Part shown: one piece after another, positions 1 to 11,076 of the stretch | How the letters are laid out: each line of letters begins with the position of its first letter | Numbering within the stretch: the stretch's first letter is position 1 | NCBI GenBank assembly: GCA_964414785.1 | Contig: CAYPXZ010000016.1 | Location: 677 to 64,676, forward strand | Length of the DNA: 64,000 nt | Reading direction: 5' to 3' | Origin: an uncultured Opitutaceae bacterium | Lineage (GTDB): Bacteria > Verrucomicrobiota > Verrucomicrobiia > Opitutales > Opitutaceae | Position numbers and translations under genes: made by a program | Notes under the pieces: model-generated | Told to the model about the DNA's origin: nothing | The model's input: the letters and a program-made list of their open reading frames with translations, nothing else | Databases searched by the model: none

Positions 1-333
1 GCGGCGTTCGCCCAGTTCGGCTCCGACCTGGACGCGAAGACCAAGGCCCAGCTCGACCGCGGCGGCCGCATCGTCGAGCTGTTCAAGCAGCCGGCGTTCG
101 CGCCGCTGCCGATCGAGCTCCAGGTCTCGGTCCTCTTCGCCATGCAGAAGGGCTTCTTCGAGCCCGTCGACATCAAGAAGGTGGTCGAAGCGGCCTCGTC
201 CCTGAAGACGTTCTTCACGACCCGCAAGGAGCCCCTCCTCACGGAGATCCGCACGAAGGCGGCCCTCGACAAGGACCTCGAGGCCAAGCTCCAGGCGGCG
301 TGCGAGGAGTGGAAGAGCTCCTACACCGCCTAA
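1..333 (+). CDS. atpA: F0F1 ATP synthase subunit alpha, C-terminal fragment (5' end outside window)
   Basis: Frame 1 reads AAFAQFGSDLDAKTKAQLDRGGRIVELFKQPAFAPLPIELQV..., a typical alpha-subunit C-terminus. It is followed by the gamma, beta and epsilon genes. Confidence 0.9.
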   Translation, partial: AAFAQFGSDLDAKTKAQLDRGGRIVELFKQPAFAPLPIELQVSVLFAMQKGFFEPVDIKKVVEAASSLKTFFTTRKEPLLTEIRTKAALDKDLEAKLQAACEEWKSSYTA

Positions 334-370
334 GGGAGACAAACGCGAAGCACCCCAGGAGGAAACCACG

Positions 371-2708
<2,338 letters not shown>

Positions 2709-2712
2709 CCCG

Positions 2713-3123
2713 ATGTCGCTCATCCTCGAGATCGTCACCCCAGAGGCCCGGGTCTACTCCGAGACGGTCGACACGGTCGTCATCCCGACCGTGGAGGGGG
2801 AAGTGGGCATCCTGCCGGGACACATCCCGCTGGTGACCCAGGTCGGCGCGGGGGAACTGCGCGCCACGAAGGGTGGGGTGACCCAGCTCCTCGTCGTCGG
2901 CGGGGGCTTCGCCCAGGTCAGCGGCTCAAAGGTTTCCATCCTCGCGGACAGCGCGATCCAGGAGGAGAAGATCGACGGGGGCGCGGTCGAGAGCGCGATG
3001 AAGCGCGCCCAGGAGGCACTCCGGGGCAGCGCCCACCTCGATACGGCGGAGGTCGAGCGCCTCGAGGGGCTTGTCCGTTACTCGGTCGCCCAGCTCGCGG
3101 TGATCGGCAAACGCCGCAAATAG
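2713..3123 (+). CDS. atpC: F0F1 ATP synthase subunit epsilon
   Basis: 136 aa. LEIVTPE...VVIPTVEGEVGILPGHIPLVT is a typical epsilon N-terminal beta-sandwich. Position is after atpD. Confidence 0.9.
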   Translation: MSLILEIVTPEARVYSETVDTVVIPTVEGEVGILPGHIPLVTQVGAGELRATKGGVTQLLVVGGGFAQVSGSKVSILADSAIQEEKIDGGAVESAMKRAQEALRGSAHLDTAEVERLEGLVRYSVAQLAVIGKRRK

Positions 3124-3133
3124 GGTGGGATCG

Positions 3134-3156
3134 GGCCCTGCGAAGGGTTCAGGGCC
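3134..3156 (+). terminator. Candidate hairpin after the atp operon (GGCCCTG-N9-CAGGGCC)
   Basis: 7-bp GC-rich inverted repeat 11 nt after the atpC stop. There is no clear T-tract, so this is weak. Confidence 0.3.
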
Positions 3157-3301
3157 TTGGCCAATAAAAGGCGCTTTATGGTCATTTATTGCTGTTTAAT
3201 GGGCAAAAACAGCCCTTTTAGGCCAAATATGATGCAATTTTGAGAATTGAGGGGTAGCCGTTCTGGGACCGAGGACGTCCCCATGAACAACAATTTCTTG
3301 A

Positions 3302-3316
3302 AACTGAGTCTCAGTT
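3302..3316. promoter_or_regulatory. 7-1-7 perfect palindrome AACTGAG-T-CTCAGTT upstream of feoA
   Basis: Read directly. It lies in the only AT-rich stretch (about 3160-3357) ahead of the feo genes, 42 nt upstream of the preferred feoA ATG. Confidence 0.35.
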
Positions 3317-3357
3317 CCCATATTCTACTGCCTCAATCGGATTCCGCAGTCGCCGCG

Positions 3358-3600
3358 ATGCCCAACCTCTCCCCCTTTCCCCTCTGCCAGCTTCCCGTGC
3401 GGGCGACGGGACGCGTGTGCAAACTGAAGGGGGACTCGGAATTCTGCCAGCGGGTCCGCGAGATGGGCTTCGGCGAATCCGCCTACGTGACCAAGGTCTC
3501 AGGCAACCGCACGATCCTCTGCCAGGTCAATGGCACCCGAATCGCGCTAAGCCACAGCGCGGCCAGCCAAATCCTCGTTGAGCGGACGGGCCCCCGCTAG
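3358..3600 (+). CDS. feoA: FeoA-domain protein (ferrous iron transport protein A), copy 1
   Basis: LCQLPVRATGRVCKLKGDSEFCQRVREMGFGESAYVTKV...NGTRIALSHSAASQILVE fits the FeoA SH3-like domain. I prefer the ATG at 3358 because the upstream extension (TTG at 3247) has poor third-position GC. Confidence 0.75.
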   Translation: MPNLSPFPLCQLPVRATGRVCKLKGDSEFCQRVREMGFGESAYVTKVSGNRTILCQVNGTRIALSHSAASQILVERTGPR

Positions 3601-3615
3601 GGGCGGGGCGATCCC

Positions 3616-3858
3616 ATGGCGGCGTTGGTAAAGCTGTCCGATCTGCCGACCGGCGCGTCCGCAGTCGTCCGGGAATTCCCGAAGACGGGCCCCGCCTCCA
3701 TCAGGCTGCGCGAGATGGGGCTCCTCGTGGGCACCCCGGTGACGCTCGTGAGGTGCGCGCCGTTCGGCGACCCGATCGAGATTAAGGTGAGGGGATACCA
3801 CCTGACCCTGCGCAAGAGCGAGGCGGTCCACGTGGTTGTGGAGACTAAGGAGCCATGA
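3616..3858 (+). CDS. feoA: FeoA-domain protein, copy 2
   Basis: 80 aa. LSDLPTGASAVVREFPKTGPASIRLREMGLLVGTPVTLVRCAPFGDPIEIKVRGYHLTLRKSEA is a canonical FeoA. It overlaps the feoB start by 4 nt. Confidence 0.88.
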   Translation: MAALVKLSDLPTGASAVVREFPKTGPASIRLREMGLLVGTPVTLVRCAPFGDPIEIKVRGYHLTLRKSEAVHVVVETKEP

Positions 3859-5945
3859 CCGGGCAGGCCAGAGCCCCCATCTACGCGCTGGTTGGCAATC
3901 CCAATTGCGGCAAGAGCACGCTTTTCAATGCCCTGACGGGGCTCAAGCAGAAGGTGGGCAACTACCCCGGGGTCACCGTCGAGAAGAAGATCGGGACCTC
4001 CTACTCGCAGCACGGCCAGCCGATCACGCTGATCGACCTCCCCGGGGCCTACTCGCTCGCGGCCCGCTCGCCCGACGAGGCGGTGACCCGCGACGTCCTC
4101 CTCGGCCGGCGCGCCGACACGCCCCAGCCCGACCGCATCCTGTGCATCGTCGACGCGACCAACCTTGAGCGGAACCTGTACCTGGTGCACCAGGTGCTCG
4201 ACCTCGGCAGGCCCGTGATCGTCGTCCTCAACATGATGGACCTCGCGTCCCAGTCCGGGCTCGTGATCCGCGCGGCGCGCCTGGAGCAGATCCTCGGGAT
4301 CCCGGTGATCCCGTGCGAGGCCGTCAACGGCAAGGGGATCATCGAGCTCAAGCTCGCCATGAGCCGGGTGGACCCGCCGCTTTCCCGGCACGCCTGGAAC
4401 ATCCCGGCGGCCATCTCCTCCGCAGTCGCCGAGCTTCAGGCGTCGCTTGTCGTTAACGGCGGGAAGGCCCCCCTCATCGCCCGGGCCGAGGCGCTCCTTC
4501 TCCTCACCGACCAGGACTCCGTCCGGGTCGCGGGATCGACCCCGCTTGACAGGCGCACGGAGGAGATCCTCAGGTCCTGGCAGAAGCGCTGGGAGGCCGA
4601 GGGGATGGACTGGGCGGGAACCCTCGTGAATTCCCGCTACGAGGTGATCGGCCAGATGGCGTCCGAGGTGGTCCAGGCGGCGCATTCGTCGGCCCCGACG
4701 CCGAGCGACCGGATTGACGCCGTCGTCACCCACCCGGTCTGGGGCTGGCTGGTCCTGGGCGCCGTGATGACGCTGCTCTTCTTCAGCATATTCTCCCTGG
4801 CGCAGGCCCCGATGGACTGGATCGGAGGACGGACGACGGCCCTGGCGAACTGGACCAAGGAGATGATGCCCGCGGGCGACCTGCGCAACCTGATCACCGA
4901 CGGGGTCATCGGCGGTGTGGGCACGATCATCACGTTCCTCCCCCAGATCCTCATCCTCTTCTTCTTCATCGGCCTGCTTGAGAGCACGGGCTACATGGCG
5001 CGGGCGGCCTTCATCATGGACCGGCTCATGAGCAGGGTGGGGCTCAACGGCAAGTCCTTCATCCCCCTGCTCAGCTCCTACGCCTGCGCGATCCCCGGCA
5101 TCATGGCGACGCGCACGATCGAGGACCCGAAGGACCGGCTCGTCACGATCCTGGTCGCGCCGCTCATGAGCTGCTCGGCCCGGCTTCCCGTGTACCTGCT
5201 GATGATCGCGGCCCTCCTTCCGAATGCTAGCGGGTCGATCGCCACAAAGGTGGGCATCATGGTGCTCATGTACGCGCTCGGGACGCTGGGGGCCTTCGGG
5301 TTCGCCTGGCTCTTCAAGCGCACCCTCCTCAAGGGCGTGCCGCCGCTCATGATCATGGAGCTTCCGCCCTACCGGCTCCCGCGGGTCCGCGACGTCGCCC
5401 TCCACATGATCGAGCGGGCGGGACTCTTCCTGAAGCGCGCCGGCACCGTGATCCTGGGGATCAGCATCGTGCTCTGGTTCCTTGCCGCCTATCCCAAGGC
5501 CCCCGAGGGGGCGACGGACACCCAGCAGCTCGCGCAGAGCTTCGCGGGCCGGGCGGGCCACGCGATCGAGCCCCTGATCAAGCCGCTTGGCTTCGACTGG
5601 CAGATCGGCATCGGTCTCATCAGCTCGTTCGCGGCGCGGGAGGTCTTCGTCAGCACGATGGGGGTCGTCTTCAACGCCGAGTCGGATGCCGAGAACACGA
5701 AACCGCTCCAGCACGCCCTGGGCGCCGCGAAGTGGCCGGACGGGCGGATGCTCTTCACCCCCCTTGTCTGCATCACGCTCATGGTCTTCTACGTGTTCGC
5801 GATGCAGTGCATGAGCACGATCGCCGTCGTGCGCCGGGAGACCAACTCGTGGCGCTGGCCCCTCTTCCAGACGGCCTACATGACGGGCGCCGCCTGGATC
5901 ATATCGTTTGTTGTGTACCAGGGGGGCACCGCGTTAGGTTTCTAG
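3855..5945 (+). CDS. feoB: Ferrous iron transporter FeoB
   Basis: 696 aa. N-terminal G-domain (LVGNPNCGKSTLFNALTG, DLPG) followed by a polytopic membrane domain (gate-motif region). Confidence 0.95.
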   Translation: MTGQARAPIYALVGNPNCGKSTLFNALTGLKQKVGNYPGVTVEKKIGTSYSQHGQPITLIDLPGAYSLAARSPDEAVTRDVLLGRRADTPQPDRILCIVDATNLERNLYLVHQVLDLGRPVIVVLNMMDLASQSGLVIRAARLEQILGIPVIPCEAVNGKGIIELKLAMSRVDPPLSRHAWNIPAAISSAVAELQASLVVNGGKAPLIARAEALLLLTDQDSVRVAGSTPLDRRTEEILRSWQKRWEAEGMDWAGTLVNSRYEVIGQMASEVVQAAHSSAPTPSDRIDAVVTHPVWGWLVLGAVMTLLFFSIFSLAQAPMDWIGGRTTALANWTKEMMPAGDLRNLITDGVIGGVGTIITFLPQILILFFFIGLLESTGYMARAAFIMDRLMSRVGLNGKSFIPLLSSYACAIPGIMATRTIEDPKDRLVTILVAPLMSCSARLPVYLLMIAALLPNASGSIATKVGIMVLMYALGTLGAFGFAWLFKRTLLKGVPPLMIMELPPYRLPRVRDVALHMIERAGLFLKRAGTVILGISIVLWFLAAYPKAPEGATDTQQLAQSFAGRAGHAIEPLIKPLGFDWQIGIGLISSFAAREVFVSTMGVVFNAESDAENTKPLQHALGAAKWPDGRMLFTPLVCITLMVFYVFAMQCMSTIAVVRRETNSWRWPLFQTAYMTGAAWIISFVVYQGGTALGF

Positions 5946-5952
5946 CAGAAAG

Positions 5953-6135
5953 ATGACACCGGAGTTCCAGACCCTCGCAGCCCTCCTCGTCGTGGCGACC
6001 GCCGCGGTGTGGCTCGTCGTTCGCGCGTTCGCGAAGCGGCGCAAGCCCGGGTGCGGCGGCGGATGCGGGTGCCCCGCCGACGAATTCAAGGCGAAGGTGC
6101 GCGGCCGCGACGGCGCCGCGGGAATGGGGAGCTGA
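5953..6135 (+). CDS. FeoB-associated Cys-rich membrane peptide
   Basis: 60 aa with a single N-terminal TM helix followed by KRRKPGCGGGCGCP. It lies immediately after feoB, matching the FeoB-associated Cys-rich membrane protein family pattern. Confidence 0.7.
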   Translation: MTPEFQTLAALLVVATAAVWLVVRAFAKRRKPGCGGGCGCPADEFKAKVRGRDGAAGMGS

Positions 6136-6158
6136 CCGACGGCCCACGATCCAGACCG

Positions 6159-7028
6159 ATGTCCGTGCTCGTCCTTCACGATCCGCGGTGCGCCGAGTAC
6201 AATGTGCTGGGTCATCCCGAGAGGCCGGAGCGGGTGACAAGGACCGCCGCCTACCTGCAGGAGAACTACCCCGGGTGGGCGTGGAGGTCCGACCTGGGCG
6301 AGGTCCCGGATTCCACCCTCCTGCTTGCGCACACGCCGGCGCACCTGGCGCGCCTTGAGCTGCCGAGCGACTTCGACGCGGACACCAAATACGTTCCCGG
6401 AATCGGGCTCCACGCCCGGCGCTCCGTCGCCGCCGCCCTCCTGGCGACGAAGCATGCGCACGACACGGGGCGCCCGGCGTTCTCGCTCATGCGCCCGCCG
6501 GGGCACCACGCGTCCGCGAGCCAGGCGATGGGTTTCTGCTACCTGAACCAGGTCGCGATCGCCGCGCTCGCCGCCCGGCGCGACTACGACATCCACCGCA
6601 TCGCGGTCTGGGACTTCGACGCGCACCACGGGAACGGCACCGAGTCGATCCTCGTCGGCCGCGAGGGCTTCCTCGTGTGCTCGGTGCACCAGTCGCCGGG
6701 ATATCCGGGGACGGGCCTGACCGACCTGGGGAACATCCGCAACTGGTGCGTGGCCCCGGACGGGTCCAGGGATGCCCACATGGACGCGCTGCGCGCGTCC
6801 TTGGACGCGATCGTCGGGTTCAGGCCCGAGCTGGTGCTGGTCTCGGCGGGCTTTGACGCCTATGTCGGCGACCCGATAACCGACATGACCCTCGAGGTGG
6901 AGGATTTCGCGTCCCTCGGACGCTGGCTCCAGCACACCGGGTTCCCCGCGGCGGCGGTCCTCGAGGGCGGGTACAGCGCGGACCTGCCGGAGCTGGTGGG
7001 CGAGTTCCTCCATGCCTGGTCGGACTGA
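6159..7028 (+). CDS. Histone deacetylase-family (arginase/deacetylase fold) protein
   Basis: HPERPER, RPPGHHA and DFDAHHGNGT motifs typical of HDAC/AcuC-type deacetylases. I prefer the start at MSVLVLHDP (6159) because the ORF-track N-terminal extension is Arg-rich junk overlapping the upstream gene. Confidence 0.85.
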   Translation: MSVLVLHDPRCAEYNVLGHPERPERVTRTAAYLQENYPGWAWRSDLGEVPDSTLLLAHTPAHLARLELPSDFDADTKYVPGIGLHARRSVAAALLATKHAHDTGRPAFSLMRPPGHHASASQAMGFCYLNQVAIAALAARRDYDIHRIAVWDFDAHHGNGTESILVGREGFLVCSVHQSPGYPGTGLTDLGNIRNWCVAPDGSRDAHMDALRASLDAIVGFRPELVLVSAGFDAYVGDPITDMTLEVEDFASLGRWLQHTGFPAAAVLEGGYSADLPELVGEFLHAWSD

Positions 7029-7133
7029 GGGACGCCGTGCGCGGAGCAAGAACAGATTTGTGAAATGCCCGGCAACATGTATCCCGCAGGTGACGATCTC
7101 GCCCGCCTCCGGGCGCCGGGTCGAGCAATCCCC

Positions 7134-8210
7134 ATGACGACGCCCCGAACGCTGGTCCTTGCTGCCTGCGCCGCCCTTTCCGCGGTTCCCCTTCTTGCGG
7201 ACCAGAGGACCGGGACCTTGGATGTGTACTGGGTGGATTCCGAGGGGGGAGGCTCGACCCTCATCGTAACCCCGGCCGGCGAGTCGGTTCTGGTGGATTC
7301 CGGATACCCGGCTGTCGCCGGCCGCATCGCCAAGGCGGCCAGGGGGGACGCGGGCCTGGAAGGGCTCGACTACGTGATCGTCACGCATTTCCACGTGGAC
7401 CACTACGGCGGAGTCCCCGTCATAGTGCCGTTGATTCCCATCCTGCACCTCTGGGACAACGGCATCCCCGACGCCGATCCGGACCACGGATCGGACACCG
7501 GCTTCTGGCGCTCCGTGAGCAGGCCCTACCGGCAGCTGGCGATCCCGCGCCACACGGTGGCCGCGGGTGACACGGTCCCCCTGGCGCAGCGACCGCTCTC
7601 GCCCCGGCTGTCGATGCGCTGCCTAGGGGCCAGGCAGTCCTTCGTGGCCGCCCCCGCGGGGGCGGCGAGGAATCCGCTTTCCTCCGAGCTCACGCAGCAC
7701 GAGGTCGACACGACGGACAACGCCAACAGCAGCGCGTGGGTGATCGAATTCGGGCCGTTCAGGATGTTCGACGGGGGCGACCTGACATGGAACATGGAGG
7801 GCAGGCTGGTGGCGCCCGTGAATCTGGCCGGCCAGGTCGACGTGTATCAGGTGGACCACCACGGCCTTGGCTTCAGCAACAACCCCGTGCTGATCCACAG
7901 CCTGGCCCCCACGGTCGCTGTGATGAACAACGGGCCGACCAAGGGAACGGCTCCTTCGACGGTGGAGGGCCTGAGGTCCTCGCCCGGGATCCAGGCGATC
8001 TATCAGGTCCACAGGAACGTGCGGCCGGGCGAGGAGGCGAACAACACGGCGGCCGGGTTTATCGCCAATACGGGGCCGGATTCGCCGAATTGCCCGGGGA
8101 ACCTCATCCGGATGAGGGTGGCCCCGGACGGCCGATCCTACACGCTCGACATCCCCGCGACGGGCAGCAGCAGGACCTTCGCTACGCGCATCGACAAGGT
8201 GTCACCCTAG
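7134..8210 (+). CDS. Secreted MBL-fold metallo-hydrolase
   Basis: Signal-peptide-like MTTPRTLVLAACAALSAVPLLA followed by the VTHFHVDHYGG metallo-beta-lactamase motif. The start could instead be at 7065. Confidence 0.75.
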   Translation: MTTPRTLVLAACAALSAVPLLADQRTGTLDVYWVDSEGGGSTLIVTPAGESVLVDSGYPAVAGRIAKAARGDAGLEGLDYVIVTHFHVDHYGGVPVIVPLIPILHLWDNGIPDADPDHGSDTGFWRSVSRPYRQLAIPRHTVAAGDTVPLAQRPLSPRLSMRCLGARQSFVAAPAGAARNPLSSELTQHEVDTTDNANSSAWVIEFGPFRMFDGGDLTWNMEGRLVAPVNLAGQVDVYQVDHHGLGFSNNPVLIHSLAPTVAVMNNGPTKGTAPSTVEGLRSSPGIQAIYQVHRNVRPGEEANNTAAGFIANTGPDSPNCPGNLIRMRVAPDGRSYTLDIPATGSSRTFATRIDKVSP

Positions 8211-8273
8211 AGCGCGACCCTTTTTTAAGAATCGCCCTAGCTCCCCCGGCCATCCACGCTTCGCTAGACTGCG

Positions 8274-9449
8274 ATGATTTCCCGTTTCCTGCCGCACCCG
8301 GTACGCCGACTGCTGGGCGTAAAGACACAACACCCTCGTATATCGGGCTTTACCCTGATCGACCAGCCCGGGCGGATCCAACCCCTCCTCGAGGCCATAG
8401 AGAAGTCGGACGAGGTCGTCATGGATACGGAGGCCGACAACATGTACCGCTTCCGGGTACGGGTGTGCCTGCTCCAGTTCTACGTGGCAGGTGAGGTGTT
8501 CCTCCTGGACGCCCTGGCCCCGATCGACCTGGAGCCCCTCTGGCGCCGCCTTGCGAAGAAGCACCTGGTGATGCACGGGAGCGACTTCGACCTGAGGCTT
8601 CTCCACGACTTCTGCCGGTTCCGGGCGAAGAGCCTGTTCGACACGATGCTCGCGGCCCAGCTGCTCGGGCGCGGGCGCATCGGGCTTGCGTCGCTCATCG
8701 AGGACAACTTTGGGGTGAAGCTCGACAAGGACGGGCAGAAGGCCAACTGGTCGCGCCGGCCGATCACCCAGAAGCTCCTCGACTACGCGGCCCTCGACGT
8801 CTGGTACCTGCCGGCGCTGCGCGACATCCTCGCGCGCGAGCTCAAGAGGCTCGGCCGGACCGATTGGATGGAGCAGCAGTGCAGGGCCCAGATCGAGGCC
8901 GGCACGACGGGGTTCGCGCCGCCGGACGAGAACGACTGGCGGATCGGCAGGTCCGAGCGGCTCAGGGCGACCGGGCAGAGCGTCCTTCACTCCATCTGGC
9001 ACTGGCGCCAGGAGCAGGCGCAGAGGCTGGACACGCCGCCCTTCAAGGTCTGCTCGAACGAATTCCTGGTGCGCGTCGCCGGCGCTGCCGACGAGGGCCG
9101 CTCCGCGGACTCGATCCTGGCCGAGGTCAACCTGGGCAAGCGCCATGCGCGGCTGATCGGCTCGCTCTCCGCGGCCGTCCGGGCCGGACTCGAGAGGGAT
9201 CCGCACACGCTCCCGCGGCGTCCGGGGCGCGACCCGAGCCACATCCCGCTCACCCAGGCCGAGATCGCCCTCCTGGATAGGATCAAGGAGGAGCGGGACA
9301 AGATCGCCGCTAAGATATCGATCGAGCCGACCCTGATCGCGAACAGGTCGCAGCTTTCGCAGATTGCACGGACGCCCCGCAAGCTCAGCGAGATCCTCCT
9401 GCCCTGGCAGGCCTCGCTCCTTGCCGAGGCGCCCTCGCTCAAAGCGTGA
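8274..9449 (+). CDS. rnd: Ribonuclease D (DEDD 3'-5' exonuclease + HRDC)
   Basis: MDTEADNMYRF, HGSDFDLRLL and YAALDVWYL exonuclease motifs, followed by an HRDC-like region. Confidence 0.85.
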   Translation: MISRFLPHPVRRLLGVKTQHPRISGFTLIDQPGRIQPLLEAIEKSDEVVMDTEADNMYRFRVRVCLLQFYVAGEVFLLDALAPIDLEPLWRRLAKKHLVMHGSDFDLRLLHDFCRFRAKSLFDTMLAAQLLGRGRIGLASLIEDNFGVKLDKDGQKANWSRRPITQKLLDYAALDVWYLPALRDILARELKRLGRTDWMEQQCRAQIEAGTTGFAPPDENDWRIGRSERLRATGQSVLHSIWHWRQEQAQRLDTPPFKVCSNEFLVRVAGAADEGRSADSILAEVNLGKRHARLIGSLSAAVRAGLERDPHTLPRRPGRDPSHIPLTQAEIALLDRIKEERDKIAAKISIEPTLIANRSQLSQIARTPRKLSEILLPWQASLLAEAPSLKA

Positions 9450-11044
9450 ACGCAAACATCGCCCGGCATCTGGAAAGGATGGCCGCCGCGCAACCCGGGG
9501 CGACCGCGCTCAAGGTCCCCAGGGGGAGGACGGCCTCGGGCGGGATCGACTACCTCGCCCTGACCTTCGAGGGGCTTCTGGCGGAGACCGACGCCTGGTG
9601 CGCGCGGCTCAGGGAGAGGGGGGTCGTGCGCGGCGACCGGGCGCTTGTCATGGTCAGGCCCGGCCTTCCTCTCGTGGCCCTCGCGTTCGCGCTCTTCAAG
9701 GTCGGCGCCGTCCCGGTCATCATCGACCCGGGCATGGGCCTCGGGAACTTCCTTTCCTGCGTCCGGCGCTCCCGTCCGCGCGCCCTGGTGGGCATCCCCG
9801 TTTCCCAGATCCTCTCCCGGGTGTGCAGGCGCGCCTTCCAGAGCGTGGAGGTCCGGGTCCCGGTGAGCGGCTCGCTGACCGCGCGCGTGGCGGGGGCGGG
9901 CGGCCCGGCCGCGGACGCGGCGACCGCGGAACCCGGGGACCTTGCGGCCATCCTCTTCACCTCGGGGTCGACCGGGTCCCCGAAGGGCGTCTGCTACGAG
10001 CACGGCATGTTCGAGTCCCAGATAGGGATGATCCGCGACACGTACGGCATAGAGCCGGGAGAGATCGACCTGCCGCTGCTCCCGATCTTTGCGCTGTTCA
10101 ATCCGGCGCTTGGAATGACGAGCGTCATCCCCGAGATCGACCCCCGCCACCCGGCGCGCGCCGATCCCGCGGGGATCGTCCAGGCGATCCGCCAGGAGGG
10201 CGTCACGAACTCCTTCGGCTCCCCGACGATATGGCGGAGGGTCGCCGAGCACTGCAAGGCGAACGGGATCACGCTTCCAAGCCTGCGCCGCGTCCTGTGC
10301 GCCGGTGCGCCGGTCCCCGCCGACCTGTGGGAGGCCTCGCGGGCCTTCCTCGACGGCGGGCGCCTCCACAGCCCGTACGGGGCGACGGAGGCCCTCCCCG
10401 TGAGCACCGTGGAGGCGGGCGAGATCGACCCGAAGTCGACCCGCGGGGCCTGCGTCGGGCGACCGGTGGCGGGCGTCAACGTGAGGATCATCCCGCTCTC
10501 GGGCGAGGGGGTCGCGGCAGCCGCCCTTCCGAGCGGGGCCGTCGGGGAGATCATCGTGCGCGGCCCCAACGTGACCCGCGAGTATGACGGCCTCCCGGAG
10601 GAGACACGCGCCGCAAAGCTCGCCGACCCGTCGGACCCCCGGTCGTTCTGGCACCGCATGGGGGACTGCGGCATGATCGACGAAGCTGGCCGCCTCTGGT
10701 TCCTGGGGCGCAAGGCCGAGCGCGTCGAGGGCCCTGACGGCACGATGTACACCGAGCCCTGCGAGCAGGTCTTCCGCTCCCACCCCCGGGCGAGGCGATG
10801 CGCGCTCATCGGGGTCGGCGGCCAGCCCGCGCTTGTCGTCGAGACACGGACCCGCGGCGATCCAGAGGCGCGGCAGCTTGCCGCCGAGCTTAGGGTCATG
10901 GCCCTCAGTCATACCCATACCGCGCCCATCAGCACCTTCTTCTTCCGCACGCACCTTCCCGTCGACGTGCGGCACAACGCAAAGATCCACCGGCTCGCGC
11001 TTTCAAAGTGGGCGCAGAAGGCGCGAGCCTTTAGGGTCGCCTGA
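9446..11044 (+). CDS. oleC: AMP-dependent ligase of the OleC (beta-lactone synthetase)-like / fatty acid CoA ligase family
   Basis: 532 aa with ILFTSGSTGSPKGV, FALFKVGAVPVIIDPG, DLPLLPIFALFNPALGMTSVIPEIDP, PYGATE, HRMGDCGMIDEAGRLWFLGRK and FPVDVRHNAKI. This block pattern matches my recollection of OleC proteins. The GTG start overlaps the rnd stop (GTGA). Confidence 0.7.
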   Translation: MNANIARHLERMAAAQPGATALKVPRGRTASGGIDYLALTFEGLLAETDAWCARLRERGVVRGDRALVMVRPGLPLVALAFALFKVGAVPVIIDPGMGLGNFLSCVRRSRPRALVGIPVSQILSRVCRRAFQSVEVRVPVSGSLTARVAGAGGPAADAATAEPGDLAAILFTSGSTGSPKGVCYEHGMFESQIGMIRDTYGIEPGEIDLPLLPIFALFNPALGMTSVIPEIDPRHPARADPAGIVQAIRQEGVTNSFGSPTIWRRVAEHCKANGITLPSLRRVLCAGAPVPADLWEASRAFLDGGRLHSPYGATEALPVSTVEAGEIDPKSTRGACVGRPVAGVNVRIIPLSGEGVAAAALPSGAVGEIIVRGPNVTREYDGLPEETRAAKLADPSDPRSFWHRMGDCGMIDEAGRLWFLGRKAERVEGPDGTMYTEPCEQVFRSHPRARRCALIGVGGQPALVVETRTRGDPEARQLAAELRVMALSHTHTAPISTFFFRTHLPVDVRHNAKIHRLALSKWAQKARAFRVA

Positions 11045-11076
11045 CGGCACCCTTTTTGTGGTAACGTGCGCACTGC

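Noticed and set aside
3247-3357. N-terminal extension of the first FeoA (TTG start at 3247 or ATG at 3283).
   Set aside because: Third-position GC collapses in this stretch and it contains the AT-rich leader with a dyad. The FeoA domain is complete from the ATG at 3358.
3597-7553. Minus-strand ORFs 3597-5714 (705 aa) and 5934-7553 (539 aa).
   Set aside because: They lie opposite feoB and the HDAC/MBL genes, which have clear family motifs. The antisense translations are Arg/Pro/Gly-rich junk.
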